24,000 nucleotides of DNA from Candidatus Saccharimonadota bacterium (GTDB taxonomy: Bacteria; Patescibacteriota; Saccharimonadia; Saccharimonadales; Saccharimonadaceae). The stretch spans positions 111,465 through 135,464 of the forward strand of contig JAACVZ010000001.1 in assembly GCA_009992235.1 (NCBI GenBank), read 5' to 3'. The position numbers were made by a program, and so were the translations under genes. Below, piece after piece: positions 1-7,812 of this stretch. The notes below the pieces were generated by a model. It had not been told where the DNA came from. It searched no databases and was given only the letters and a program-made list of their open reading frames with translations. Numbering within the stretch: position 1 is the stretch's first letter; every line of letters starts with the position of its first letter.

Positions 1-335
1 ATCAAACTAGTCCTACGGCTGTTATTAATTCTACTATGTCAGGAACGGTTACTGATATCTCAGCACTCGATTCTCATACTTGTGCAGTAGCTGGCGGTCA
101 AGCGTATTGCTGGGGTAGTGGAGCTTTTGGGCGCGTGGGCAATGGTAGTACTACTTCTACAATAGCCTCACCACAGGCGGTTATTAATTCTACTATGTCC
201 GGTACTGTGACTGCTATCTCGGCTGGGCGCAACCACACCTGCGCCATCGCGGGCGGCCAAGCCTATTGCTGGGGAAGTGCAAGCGACGGACAAATTGGCT
301 ATTTCTTCGGCTCGTATAAGACTGCACCTCTAGTG
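1..335 (+). repeat. Tandem 159-nt (53-aa) RCC1-like coding repeat, at least two copies
   Basis: nt 17-40 and 176-199 are identical at 23 of 24 positions. nt 93-120 and 252-279 are identical at 25 of 28 positions. Both offsets are 159 nt. Each copy encodes AVINSTMSGTVTxIS...HTCAxAGGQAYCWGS. Further copies probably lie upstream of the window. Confidence 0.8.
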
Positions 336-3236
336 GTTCTAGGGTCTATAAGCTTTCTCGGCGGCTATAGAGACCTGGGTACTGTCTCTGGCTTTGTTGT
401 AGATTTCGGATTGGGGCGAAAGACTCAGTGGTATAGCGTAGATTGGCAAACAGACGAGCTGCCAGCAAATACATCGCTCAGCTTCTCGGCCAGGACTAGC
501 AACGACAATGAAGCGTGGTCTGCCTGGAGCGATGAGTTTACGCAGTCTAGCGTTGGTAGCGTGTCCGGGTCCGGCAACATTGACACCCTGCCTATTTCGC
601 GGTTTATAGAACTTAAATTAACGCTAAACAGCGCTGATAGTTCAGTGTCCCCAACGGTGAATAGTTTCTCGCTAAGCTATATGAACGACTCTCAGACACC
701 TGTTCAAAATGCTAGTAGTATTGCCGTGAAGCGCTCGCAAGACGGTGCGTCGATACAAAACGAAGGCTGGATAAACACCCAGACGCCATACGTTACATGG
801 CAGCCGGGCGAAGACGACATTAATGGCTCGGGCCTACTTGGTTATTGTATGTACCTCGGGCAGGACGCAACGGCCGACCTCACTCAAACTGGTGGTATAT
901 TAGGCGACTCGCCTATAGAAACCGGTGGCGCATGTCAGTATGCGGTCGATACGGCTTCGCTTGACCTCGCGCAGCCCGGCGTTCTTAGTCAGGTGCTCGA
1001 AGACAATGGTCAGCCGTACCACTTGCTCATAAAAGCTATAGATAATGCAGGAAATGTTTACGGTGGTGTCGCTGAACAATTTAGCTTTAACTTTGACTCC
1101 ACTCCCCCATCTAACCCAGCATTTATTTCCGCACCTTCGCAGTTCGTGGCTACCAAAAATGTTATCCTTACTTGGCCTACCTCTGGCGATCAAGCCCCTG
1201 CCGATAGTGGCAGTGGTGTCGCTGGTCTACAATACAAAATAGGATCTGGCGGTACGTGGTCGGACACACTCGCAAATAGTGGTAGCTACCAGACGAGCCC
1301 CGAGGTTGATTACCCGCTACTTGGCGAGGGTAACAACTTGGTCTACTTCAGGACAGTAGACAACGCCGGTAATATATCGACCTCGAATGTAACGGCGGTT
1401 ATTCGCATCAACACCTCCTCACCTACTCAGCCACAGAATCTAGCAGTCACGCCAGAGACCAATACTGCTAACTCGTTTGGCTTTTCGTGGCAGGCGCCTT
1501 CAACATTCGTTGGATCGGCTGCCGGTGTCACGTATTGCTACACCGTAAACACGTTACCAACGGCAAATACTTGTCACTATACGGAACCTGGCCAGACATC
1601 ACTTGACGCTGACGCGTTTGCAACGCAGCCTGGTGATAACACAATGTATGTCGTGGCGAAGGATGAGGCCGGTAACGTTAACTACGCAACTTATGCAACA
1701 GTAGACTTTACGGCGAATACTCCAGCACCGGGCATTCCTGGTAATTTTGAAATGGCTGATGTTTCAACCAAAGACGCTCAAATATGGAAGCTAGCTCTTT
1801 CTTGGGAAGAGCCGGAAAATACAGGCGCTGGAGTGGCGCGTTACTCGATTCATCGTTCAACAGACGACATCAATTATTCGGAGGTCGCAACCGCGAGTGG
1901 ACTAAGTTATGTCGATGGGTCGCTTAATCAAGTAACCTATTACTACAAGGTCCGAGCTTGTGACTCTGCCAATAACTGCGGTGCCTTTTCGGAGCCTTTG
2001 GCTAAGTTACCGACTGGACGCTATACAACCGCTCCGGAGCTGATTAGTAACGTATCGGTTGAAGTCGGCACTCGTCAGGCGAGGTTCAACTGGGTGACCG
2101 ACAGAGAGAGCGACAGTCGCATTCAGTATGGCACAGAGAGCGGCGTCTATAAGCCAGGTGAAGTGACGATTAGCGAAATGGTGAAATCACACAGCGTAGA
2201 AGTTGAAAACCTTGAAGCCGGCATGACGTACTACTATCGAGTGAAGTGGATGGACGAGGACGGTAATATAGGTGTTAGCGGCGAGTTGAGCTTCACTACC
2301 CTTCCGGCACCTGTCGTGAAGGATGTAGAAGTTATTAAAAAGAGCCTCAATAGTGCTTTGATTCAGTTCACTTCGACCGATGCAACCAGGGTAAGCATTA
2401 ACTACGGTAAGACGGACAGTTTTGGAGGCATTAAGACAATTAACACCTCAAGTAGCGAGTCATCGTACATTATTGAACTTGACGGACTTGACGACGGCGC
2501 CCTTTATTCCTATAAGCTTACAACCTTCGATAGCGAAGGCAATCAATACGATACGAGGCAAATTAATACCTTCACCACCCCTGCCCGACCGCAAATATCT
2601 AACCTACGATTCCAGCCAGTCGAAGGCGAGCCAACCAGTACGCAGGAAGTCAGCTGGACAACGAATGTTCCAGCGTCATCAACTATTACGTATGGTAAGA
2701 CTGGAACGAATGGTGTTGATATATTCTCTTCTCGCATGACCACTGATCATAAGTCTGTCGTTCGAGGGCTCGAAGACGACAGCCAGTACTTCCTACTCGC
2801 CCAAAGTCGTGACGCCGACGGCAACCTTGCGGTAAGTGACAGGCAGTTCTTCCGCACCGCACTAGATACTCGGCCACCGAAAATCTCTGACGTACTTGTT
2901 GAGACATCGGTCCGTGGTAATGGTAGCGAAGCCCGCGGTCAAATTGTGGTGTCTTGGAAGACCGACGAACTCGCGACTAGCCAAGTCGCCTACGCCGACG
3001 GCGGCGGTGGTACAGAATATACCAGCAAGACTGCTCAGGACGGTCGCTTAACAACCGACCACGTCGTCATCATTTCTGACTTACCTGTTTCACGCGTCTA
3101 TCAGCTACAGCCAATATCGGAAGACCAGTCTCGTAATGAGACTAGCGGTTCGAACCAATCGGCAATCATTGGTCGAGCGTCTGACAGCGTACTCAACATA
3201 ATTCTTAACGCACTGAACAGGGTGTTCGGATTCTAA
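1..3236 (+). CDS. Giant secreted/surface protein, 5'-truncated by the window edge. Modules: RCC1-like repeats, a beta-sandwich module, three Ig-like DxAGN modules, one canonical Fn3 and four tandem Fn3-like modules
   Basis: The reading frame is open from nt 3. The residues QTSPTAVINST precede the first ATG at 36 and repeat the motif seen again at aa 46-53, so the gene continues upstream. The RCC1-type signature HTCAxAGGQAYCWGS occurs twice. Ig-like modules carry IDNAGN, VDNAGN and KDEAGN motifs (aa ~222-560). An Fn3 domain lies at aa ~565-655 (LSWEEP...YYYKVRACD). Four ~95-aa units with YG motifs span aa ~666-1046. Stop TAA at 3234-3236. Confidence 0.85.
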   Translation, partial: QTSPTAVINSTMSGTVTDISALDSHTCAVAGGQAYCWGSGAFGRVGNGSTTSTIASPQAVINSTMSGTVTAISAGRNHTCAIAGGQAYCWGSASDGQIGYFFGSYKTAPLVVLGSISFLGGYRDLGTVSGFVVDFGLGRKTQWYSVDWQTDELPANTSLSFSARTSNDNEAWSAWSDEFTQSSVGSVSGSGNIDTLPISRFIELKLTLNSADSSVSPTVNSFSLSYMNDSQTPVQNASSIAVKRSQDGASIQNEGWINTQTPYVTWQPGEDDINGSGLLGYCMYLGQDATADLTQTGGILGDSPIETGGACQYAVDTASLDLAQPGVLSQVLEDNGQPYHLLIKAIDNAGNVYGGVAEQFSFNFDSTPPSNPAFISAPSQFVATKNVILTWPTSGDQAPADSGSGVAGLQYKIGSGGTWSDTLANSGSYQTSPEVDYPLLGEGNNLVYFRTVDNAGNISTSNVTAVIRINTSSPTQPQNLAVTPETNTANSFGFSWQAPSTFVGSAAGVTYCYTVNTLPTANTCHYTEPGQTSLDADAFATQPGDNTMYVVAKDEAGNVNYATYATVDFTANTPAPGIPGNFEMADVSTKDAQIWKLALSWEEPENTGAGVARYSIHRSTDDINYSEVATASGLSYVDGSLNQVTYYYKVRACDSANNCGAFSEPLAKLPTGRYTTAPELISNVSVEVGTRQARFNWVTDRESDSRIQYGTESGVYKPGEVTISEMVKSHSVEVENLEAGMTYYYRVKWMDEDGNIGVSGELSFTTLPAPVVKDVEVIKKSLNSALIQFTSTDATRVSINYGKTDSFGGIKTINTSSSESSYIIELDGLDDGALYSYKLTTFDSEGNQYDTRQINTFTTPARPQISNLRFQPVEGEPTSTQEVSWTTNVPASSTITYGKTGTNGVDIFSSRMTTDHKSVVRGLEDDSQYFLLAQSRDADGNLAVSDRQFFRTALDTRPPKISDVLVETSVRGNGSEARGQIVVSWKTDELATSQVAYADGGGGTEYTSKTAQDGRLTTDHVVIISDLPVSRVYQLQPISEDQSRNETSGSNQSAIIGRASDSVLNIILNALNRVFGF
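2031..3170 (+). repeat. Four tandem Fn3-like protein modules (purple-acid-phosphatase-N-type pattern) in the C-terminal third of the giant protein
   Basis: Units lie at approximately aa 666-755, 761-848, 854-941 and 950-1046. Each begins (I/V)(S/K)(N/D)(V/L), has a W/F-x-T-(D/T/N) strand followed by xxYG or xxYA, and the first three end in F(T/R)T. The repeat is visible at protein level only; the DNA copies are divergent. Confidence 0.7.
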
Positions 3237-3237
3237 T

Positions 3238-4011
3238 ATGACAAAACCAGAACCACTTATTGAGGTAAAGAATGTAAGCAAGAGTTTCCAGACCCCAGGT
3301 GGTGCTGTTGAGGTACTTCGTAATGTAAATTTCGAGATTCCAGAAGGAAGCTTCACGATTATTTACGGACCTTCGGGAAGCGGAAAGTCGACACTACTCA
3401 ACCTACTCATTGGTCTCGATGCACCAACGTCTGGCAAGGTCACCTATGCGGGCAAAGATCTCTACGCCATGGACAAAAACGAGCGAGCCTACTTTCGTGC
3501 TCATACGTTAGGCATGGTTCAGCAAGCAGATCATTGGGTGAAGAGTTTGAATGTTCTAGAGAATGTTGCACTTCCCCTCTACTTCTCGGGACTCGATAGC
3601 GACAAAGCGCGGGAAGGCGCTGAACTTTCACTGAAACGGGTTGGCATGGAGCCGCATGCTCATAAGAAGCCAATGGTGCTATCTGGAGGTGAGCAACAGC
3701 GTGTCGCTATGGCAAGGGCGCTAGTGAACCATCCGACATACATCACGGCCGATGAGCCAACCGGAAACCTCGACAGTCATAATGGCGACCAACTTATTCG
3801 ATTGCTAAAAGATTTAAACGTGAATTATAAAAGAACAATTGTTTTGGTGACGCACAACCTTGAGTACTTGTCTGTGGGTGATCAGCTCATCTTGATAGAA
3901 GATGGTGTCGCGACAGAAACGAAGAACACTGACGTTTCGGTTATTACGAATAGATTGCTGGCAGATACCAAGAAGCGTATAGATGGGTGGCGATATGACA
4001 GAAAGAAATAA
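3238..4011 (+). CDS. ABC transporter ATP-binding protein, MacB/LolD/FtsE-like
   Basis: Walker A GPSGSGKST, signature LSGGEQQRVAMARAL, Walker B ITADEPTGNLD and H-loop VTHN are present. The ATG at 3238 is 1 nt after the upstream TAA, which implies translational coupling. Confidence 0.93.
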   Translation: MTKPEPLIEVKNVSKSFQTPGGAVEVLRNVNFEIPEGSFTIIYGPSGSGKSTLLNLLIGLDAPTSGKVTYAGKDLYAMDKNERAYFRAHTLGMVQQADHWVKSLNVLENVALPLYFSGLDSDKAREGAELSLKRVGMEPHAHKKPMVLSGGEQQRVAMARALVNHPTYITADEPTGNLDSHNGDQLIRLLKDLNVNYKRTIVLVTHNLEYLSVGDQLILIEDGVATETKNTDVSVITNRLLADTKKRIDGWRYDRKK

Positions 4012-5200
4012 ACCCGTCCAGGCGCACGTCGGCTACGACGTTATCATTAGAATGGCGATTGCCAACCTTCGCTTTAAGGGTTTTCGAAGCGCCATTACAC
4101 TTACTGGTGTTGTTATTGGTATAGGTTCTATATACTTCTTGATTTCATTTGGTATTGGCGTGCAACAACTGGTTCAAGGACAAGTTATTGGCAACCAGTC
4201 TATTAACACAGTCGATATATCACCCTCTAACTCTGCAATTATTAGCCTATCTCAGGACAACATGGACCAGATAGGCGCCGTGTCGAATGTTAATGACCTG
4301 ACTGGTGTATACATGCTTGCCAGCCAGGTGACGCTTGACGGCTCGTCTGTTGACCTGGTGGCCTATGGTGTGCAGAACACGTACATGAAGTTGAGTAACC
4401 TAACTATCGAGGCTGGAGCGGCTCTCAGTGAGTCTGGTGAGGACGAAATTATTATTAACACGTCCTTGCTTGAAGCTCTCGGCGTTCGTGAATTCAAGAC
4501 GGTCATTGGCAAAGACATAAAAGTGAAATTGGTAATTCAGGATAAAACCGTTGAGAAGGACATGAATGTTATTGGGGTTGTTAACTCTGGTGCTGGGTCG
4601 GAGATCTTCGTATCGCAAAACGTATTCCGAGACGCGGGCGTTGAAAACTATACCCAGGCCAAGGCGGTTGTAGACGATAGAGAGAGGGTTTCCGATGTAC
4701 GTCGCAGCATTGAAAGTATGGGATACGAAACTACCTCTCCTATTGATACGCTAGATCAAATTAATGAAGTGTTCCGCGTATTTAACATTGTGCTCATCGG
4801 TCTTGGAAGCACCGGTATGGTCATTGCAATACTTGGAATGATAAACACTCTCACTGTTTCGCTGCTCGAGCGAACGCGTGAAATTGCCTTAATGATTACC
4901 ATTGGCGCTAGGCCAAAAGACATGAAGCGATTATTCACGGTTGAAGCGATGATTTTGTCTGGTTTCGGTGGTGTCATCGGTATACTGGTTGCAACACTTG
5001 GTGGGCTTTCCGTCGATCTGTTCTTGAACCGAATGGCCTCCGGTAGAGGTGTTACCGAAAGCTTTACAATATTCGCCATATCCCCTCTTCTCATTCTGGG
5101 AACGCTAGTTTTCATTATAGGTATGGGTGCTGCCGTTTCTTACTTGCCGGCCCGACGAGCGGCTAAAATTGATCCGATGAAAGCATTGCGGCAGGAATAA
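3983..5200 (+). CDS. ABC transporter permease, FtsX/MacB family (4 TM with a large extracytoplasmic domain)
   Basis: TM1 lies at aa ~36-60, followed by a ~200-aa extracytoplasmic insert, then TM2-4. The family motif LERTREIALMITIGARPKDMKRLF and the C-terminal PARRAAKIDPMKALRQE are present. The start is ATG 3983 or ATG 3995 (GGTGG lies 4 nt upstream of the latter). Either start overlaps the ATPase stop at 4009-4011. Confidence 0.9.
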   Translation: MGGDMTERNKPVQAHVGYDVIIRMAIANLRFKGFRSAITLTGVVIGIGSIYFLISFGIGVQQLVQGQVIGNQSINTVDISPSNSAIISLSQDNMDQIGAVSNVNDLTGVYMLASQVTLDGSSVDLVAYGVQNTYMKLSNLTIEAGAALSESGEDEIIINTSLLEALGVREFKTVIGKDIKVKLVIQDKTVEKDMNVIGVVNSGAGSEIFVSQNVFRDAGVENYTQAKAVVDDRERVSDVRRSIESMGYETTSPIDTLDQINEVFRVFNIVLIGLGSTGMVIAILGMINTLTVSLLERTREIALMITIGARPKDMKRLFTVEAMILSGFGGVIGILVATLGGLSVDLFLNRMASGRGVTESFTIFAISPLLILGTLVFIIGMGAAVSYLPARRAAKIDPMKALRQE

Positions 5201-5203
5201 ATT

Positions 5204-5278
5204 TGGTGACCTCACCGGGAATCGAACCCGGATTGCCAGGATGAGAACCTGGTGTCCTAACCGTTAGACGATGAGGCC
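5204..5278 (-). tRNA. tRNA-Glu (anticodon CUC), CCA encoded
   Basis: The reverse complement folds as a cloverleaf. Acceptor GGCCTCA/TGAGGTC has one G-U pair. The D stem is GTCT/GGAC. The anticodon stem CCAGG/CCTGG carries the loop TTCTCAT. The T arm is CCGGG-TTCGATT-CCCGG, followed by discriminator A and CCA. Length 75 nt. Confidence 0.93.
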
Positions 5279-5296
5279 AAATTGTGAGTGAAGCGT

Positions 5297-5320
5297 ATTT
5301 TAAAAGTATACTTTTAAAAT
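5297..5320. promoter_or_regulatory. Perfect 24-bp AT-rich palindrome upstream of tRNA-Glu; candidate bidirectional -10/operator element
   Basis: ATTTTAAAAGTATACTTTTAAAAT equals its own reverse complement. It presents TAAAAT as a -10-like hexamer on both strands. The minus-strand copy (5302-5297) lies 18 nt upstream of the tRNA-Glu 5' end. Confidence 0.45.
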
Positions 5321-5426
5321 CGATTCCGAGCAATTTGGCTGTATATCCGAAGGATATGAGGCCATAAATGCTTTACTACTCTAGCAAAAACTGGCCACTG
5401 TGTCTATATGTGCCAAGGGGTAGTAA

Positions 5427-5455
5427 TTGACATTAGTCAAAATCGGTGTTATTAT
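5427..5455 (+). promoter_or_regulatory. Strong sigma70-type promoter: -35 TTGACA, 17-nt spacer, extended -10 TGtTATTAT
   Basis: TTGACA at 5427-5432, TG at 5447-5448 and TATTAT at 5450-5455. An overlapping TATAAT lies at 5453-5458. The element is in the largest non-coding stretch of the window and points toward ORF 5496-5831. Confidence 0.7.
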
Positions 5456-5495
5456 AATATGGTTGCTATCCGATACCTAAGAAACGAGACGTGTC

Positions 5496-5831
5496 TTGGC
5501 CGAAGAAGTTTCCGTCGACGAGAAGAGAGGGCGTGAAGAGAAGGCTCTTTACGAATCTGTTCAGGCGGCATTCAAGAATAAATCGCCAGGTGTTAATACT
5601 ACCCGTATGGGTAATGGCAAGGACCTGTCCCTCGACAGGGTCCCCGTTCCTCCAAACGCGCCGGTGACGTTCTACGGTAAGAGTTCGAGCGACGTGACAA
5701 TCGATTGCGGAGTGCTTGAGGGCCGTAACGTCACTATCCGCATTATGGATGGTACCACGAAGGTAGTTAGGCGATCCATCATCAAAGATGTACACTCTCG
5801 AGTCTCGGCGCAGTTCGCTGCGCAGTGGTAG
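5496..5831 (+). CDS. Hypothetical small protein (111 aa from TTG; 74 aa if ATG 5607 is used), no family recognised
   Basis: The ORF sits between a strong promoter and an intrinsic terminator of the same orientation. Codons show a clear purine-first (RNY-like) periodicity. The only start options are TTG 5496, with a weak SD, or the internal ATG 5607. The antisense ORF 5466-5795 is judged spurious. Confidence 0.55.
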   Translation: MAEEVSVDEKRGREEKALYESVQAAFKNKSPGVNTTRMGNGKDLSLDRVPVPPNAPVTFYGKSSSDVTIDCGVLEGRNVTIRIMDGTTKVVRRSIIKDVHSRVSAQFAAQW

Positions 5832-5846
5832 GAAGGATACGCAATT

Positions 5847-5880
5847 GCCCGCAGCTGAAAAGTTGCGGGCGTTTCCTTTT
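5847..5880 (+). terminator. Rho-independent terminator
   Basis: Stem GCCCGCAGC (5847-5855), loop TGAAAA, stem GTTGCGGGC (5862-5870), then GTTTCCTTTT. It lies 16 nt after the ORF stop and 21 nt beyond the convergent response-regulator stop. Confidence 0.75.
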
Positions 5881-5890
5881 GAGCCAGAAG

Positions 5891-6265
5891 TTAAGCGCCG
5901 AGTCGTTCAATCACGCTGAGTAATTTACTTGGGGTGATTTCTGCTTTTATGAGATAGCCATCGGCGTGTTTTTCCATTTCGGCGCGCGAATCGTCGTCTT
6001 GCTCAAAATTAGTGAGTACAACAACCTTTGTGTTGGGTATTAGGTCTTCTTTTCCGCGCAGGGCGTTAAGAATGTCTCCTCCCCTGCGCTCAGGTAGCAT
6101 AACGTCGAGTAGTAGCAGATCGTAGGCTTTATTGCGAGCAGCAATGAGTCCATCGTTTCCGTCAACCATCCAGTCGACATCGTAGCCGGCCTTCTTGAGG
6201 CTACGGACATACATTTCGCCAATGAATCGGTCATCTTCGACAATAAGAATTGTATTAATAGCCAT
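5891..6265 (-). CDS. Single-domain (receiver-only, CheY-like) response regulator
   Basis: The 124-aa protein has VEDD acidic residues, the phospho-acceptor context LLLLDVMLP, VLTN and YLIKA motifs, and no output domain. Its ATG lies 2 nt after the kinase stop. Confidence 0.9.
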   Translation of the reverse strand: MAINTILIVEDDRFIGEMYVRSLKKAGYDVDWMVDGNDGLIAARNKAYDLLLLDVMLPERRGGDILNALRGKEDLIPNTKVVVLTNFEQDDDSRAEMEKHADGYLIKAEITPSKLLSVIERLGA

Positions 6266-6267
6266 TG

Positions 6268-7812
6268 CTACCCCCTGTACGCTGAATGATTTTTTATATA
6301 CACACCTGTTTCGGATTTTTTTAGTAACCCGTCATTGTTGTCGCCTGCGCGCAAAGAATCGGCAACCGATCGATACGTCGGCAGGGACACCGTAAATGTA
6401 GATCCCCTGCCCTCTTCACTTTGAACGCTAATAGTTCCTCCGTGTGACTCAACAATAGCTTTACTAATGTATAGGCCAATACCCGTACCGGCAACCGTTT
6501 CGCGCGATCGGTGTGACCGGTAGAACTTTTGGAAAAGGTTTCCGACAACGTTGCCCGGCATTCCAATACCGTGGTCTTTAATGGCTACATCTACCATATC
6601 TCCGTTGAGCGCCGCGGAAACAGCAATCGCACCACCTTCGTTGCTGTACTTTATGGCATTGTCGATAAGGTTGCCGAATACTTCGCCTAGGCTGGTGGTG
6701 TCGGCTGCAATAGTCGGAAGATCGTTTGGTATAGATACGGTGAGCAATCGGTTCTGGGAGCTGGCACGTAGGGCCATGTCGTCACGTATGGTGTCGTATA
6801 CGTCTATAACGGTCGTCTCGGCAAGGTGCATTTTTAGGTGTCGGCGATCGTAGCGTGAGGTGTTAAGTATGTTGTTTATGTAGCCAGAAAGTCTATTGGC
6901 AGATACTGCCAGGCGACGGAATAACTCTTTTTGATCGTCCTGGAGGACGTCACTGAGTTCGTCTTGGAAAACATCGAGGTAGCCGCGGATAACCGTAATT
7001 GGTCCCCGCAGTTCGTGGGCGGCAAAGGCTATGAAGTCGAGCTCCTCTTCGCCGACGCTATAGAGCTGTGTCCTATCGACGAGGACTAAGACGACTTCGT
7101 TTTTGGCGCCTTTGTTGTATGAAGCGATGATATCAAAAAATCGTCTATCTTCTTCGTTGGGTAGTTTATTGGCGACGCGGGCCCAGGTGTGCTCGGCCTT
7201 AACAGACGACTCTGCGCACTGTGTTAGCCAGGCGCTTAGAGTATCTTCTCCGTTGAATATAACATCGAGTGTCATGATACCGTCAGAGTCAACTCGTACC
7301 GGTGCGGCTTTGTTGGCGTAGGTTATTGCGTGGTGTTCGTCCATGGTAATGAATCCGCAAAGTGTGCTGTCGAGGGCCGCTTCGACGACATTTCTAGCTG
7401 GAGCCTCGGCGGGCGTAACGGCGTCATCTTCGGGCGCTGTTTGGGAGGCTAGACTATAGATGGTCTGCAGAACGACGCCAAGGCCGCTTTTTTCGAGAGC
7501 GCTGTCATTCGGTCGGGGTGGTGTCGTAGCGCTCGGTTCACCTGATACGTGCGTTACTGCTGAAAGAAGGTGTCGTAACGGCTTTGTGCTGTGTGCGTGG
7601 ACTAGGATCGCGGTTATGAGGCTGCTCATCGCCACTGCTGCGATAATAACAAGTGATTCCATCGGATAATTTAAGAGAGTGTCTTGAAAGAACCAGAGGG
7701 TTGCGGCGGTTAGTGTGGCAAAGAAAAGCACCAGTCCTGCGACTAGCCAAGTTGTTCGGCGTTCGAATCGTGGCCAAAAGTCGCGTACACGACGAGGCGC
7801 ATTTATTGCCAT
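6268..7812 (-). CDS. Sensor histidine kinase (2 TM, PAS-like domain, HisKA, HATPase_c)
   Basis: H-box FAAHELRGPIT, N-box LIDNAIKYS, and G-boxes DHGIGMP and GTGIGLYISKAIVESHGG. Two N-terminal TM helices are separated by a very short external loop. A PAS-like segment lies at aa ~140-260. GGAG lies 8 nt upstream of the ATG. Confidence 0.92.
   Translation of the reverse strand: MAINAPRRVRDFWPRFERRTTWLVAGLVLFFATLTAATLWFFQDTLLNYPMESLVIIAAVAMSSLITAILVHAHSTKPLRHLLSAVTHVSGEPSATTPPRPNDSALEKSGLGVVLQTIYSLASQTAPEDDAVTPAEAPARNVVEAALDSTLCGFITMDEHHAITYANKAAPVRVDSDGIMTLDVIFNGEDTLSAWLTQCAESSVKAEHTWARVANKLPNEEDRRFFDIIASYNKGAKNEVVLVLVDRTQLYSVGEEELDFIAFAAHELRGPITVIRGYLDVFQDELSDVLQDDQKELFRRLAVSANRLSGYINNILNTSRYDRRHLKMHLAETTVIDVYDTIRDDMALRASSQNRLLTVSIPNDLPTIAADTTSLGEVFGNLIDNAIKYSNEGGAIAVSAALNGDMVDVAIKDHGIGMPGNVVGNLFQKFYRSHRSRETVAGTGIGLYISKAIVESHGGTISVQSEEGRGSTFTVSLPTYRSVADSLRAGDNNDGLLKKSETGVYIKNHSAYRG

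Noticed and set aside
580-608. A promoter-like TTGACA-17 nt-TTTATA inside the giant gene.
   Set aside because: The -10 candidate lacks the most conserved positions (A at position 2 and T at position 6). It also lies mid-gene with no downstream ORF to serve.
1-3236. The giant surface protein as a substrate of the sortase encoded at 12989-14164.
   Set aside because: Its C-terminus (…NALNRVFGF) has no LPXTG/LAXTG motif, hydrophobic stretch or basic tail. The internal KLPTGR (aa ~657-662) is far from the C-terminus.
900-3356. Several 65-105-aa ORFs inside or antisense to the giant surface-protein gene (900-1193, 1045-1242, 2422-2739, 2543-2743, 2686-2907, 3105-3356).
   Set aside because: All are fully embedded in a long ORF with clear domain structure. 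Their translations are low-complexity or Arg/Ser/Cys-rich with no motifs. They are typical shadow ORFs.
5281-5290. A shared 10-mer, ATTGTGAGTG, at 5281-5290 (tRNA-Glu leader) and 14811-14820 (leader of ORF 14366-14785), as a possible common regulatory box.
   Set aside because: Hundreds of chance 10-mer repeats are expected in 24 kb. The match does not extend beyond 10 nt.
5466-5795. A 109-aa minus-strand ORF antisense to the orphan gene.
   Set aside because: The promoter (5427-5455) and terminator (5847-5880) are both plus-oriented. The plus frame shows the better codon periodicity, and the minus ORF has no promoter or SD.
5462-5880. Whether this ~400-nt promoter-to-terminator unit is tmRNA, RNase P RNA, 6S or SRP RNA. 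smpB is in the window, and the ORF ends in an Ala-rich ...AQFAAQW.
   Set aside because: There is no tRNA-like acceptor/T-arm (GGTTCGA...CCA) at the 3' end and no GGGGCTGA-type 5' end. There is no GAGGAAAGTCC or ACAGAAnCCGGCTTA RNase P box on either strand, and no SRP domain-IV motif. A covariance-model scan would be the decisive test.
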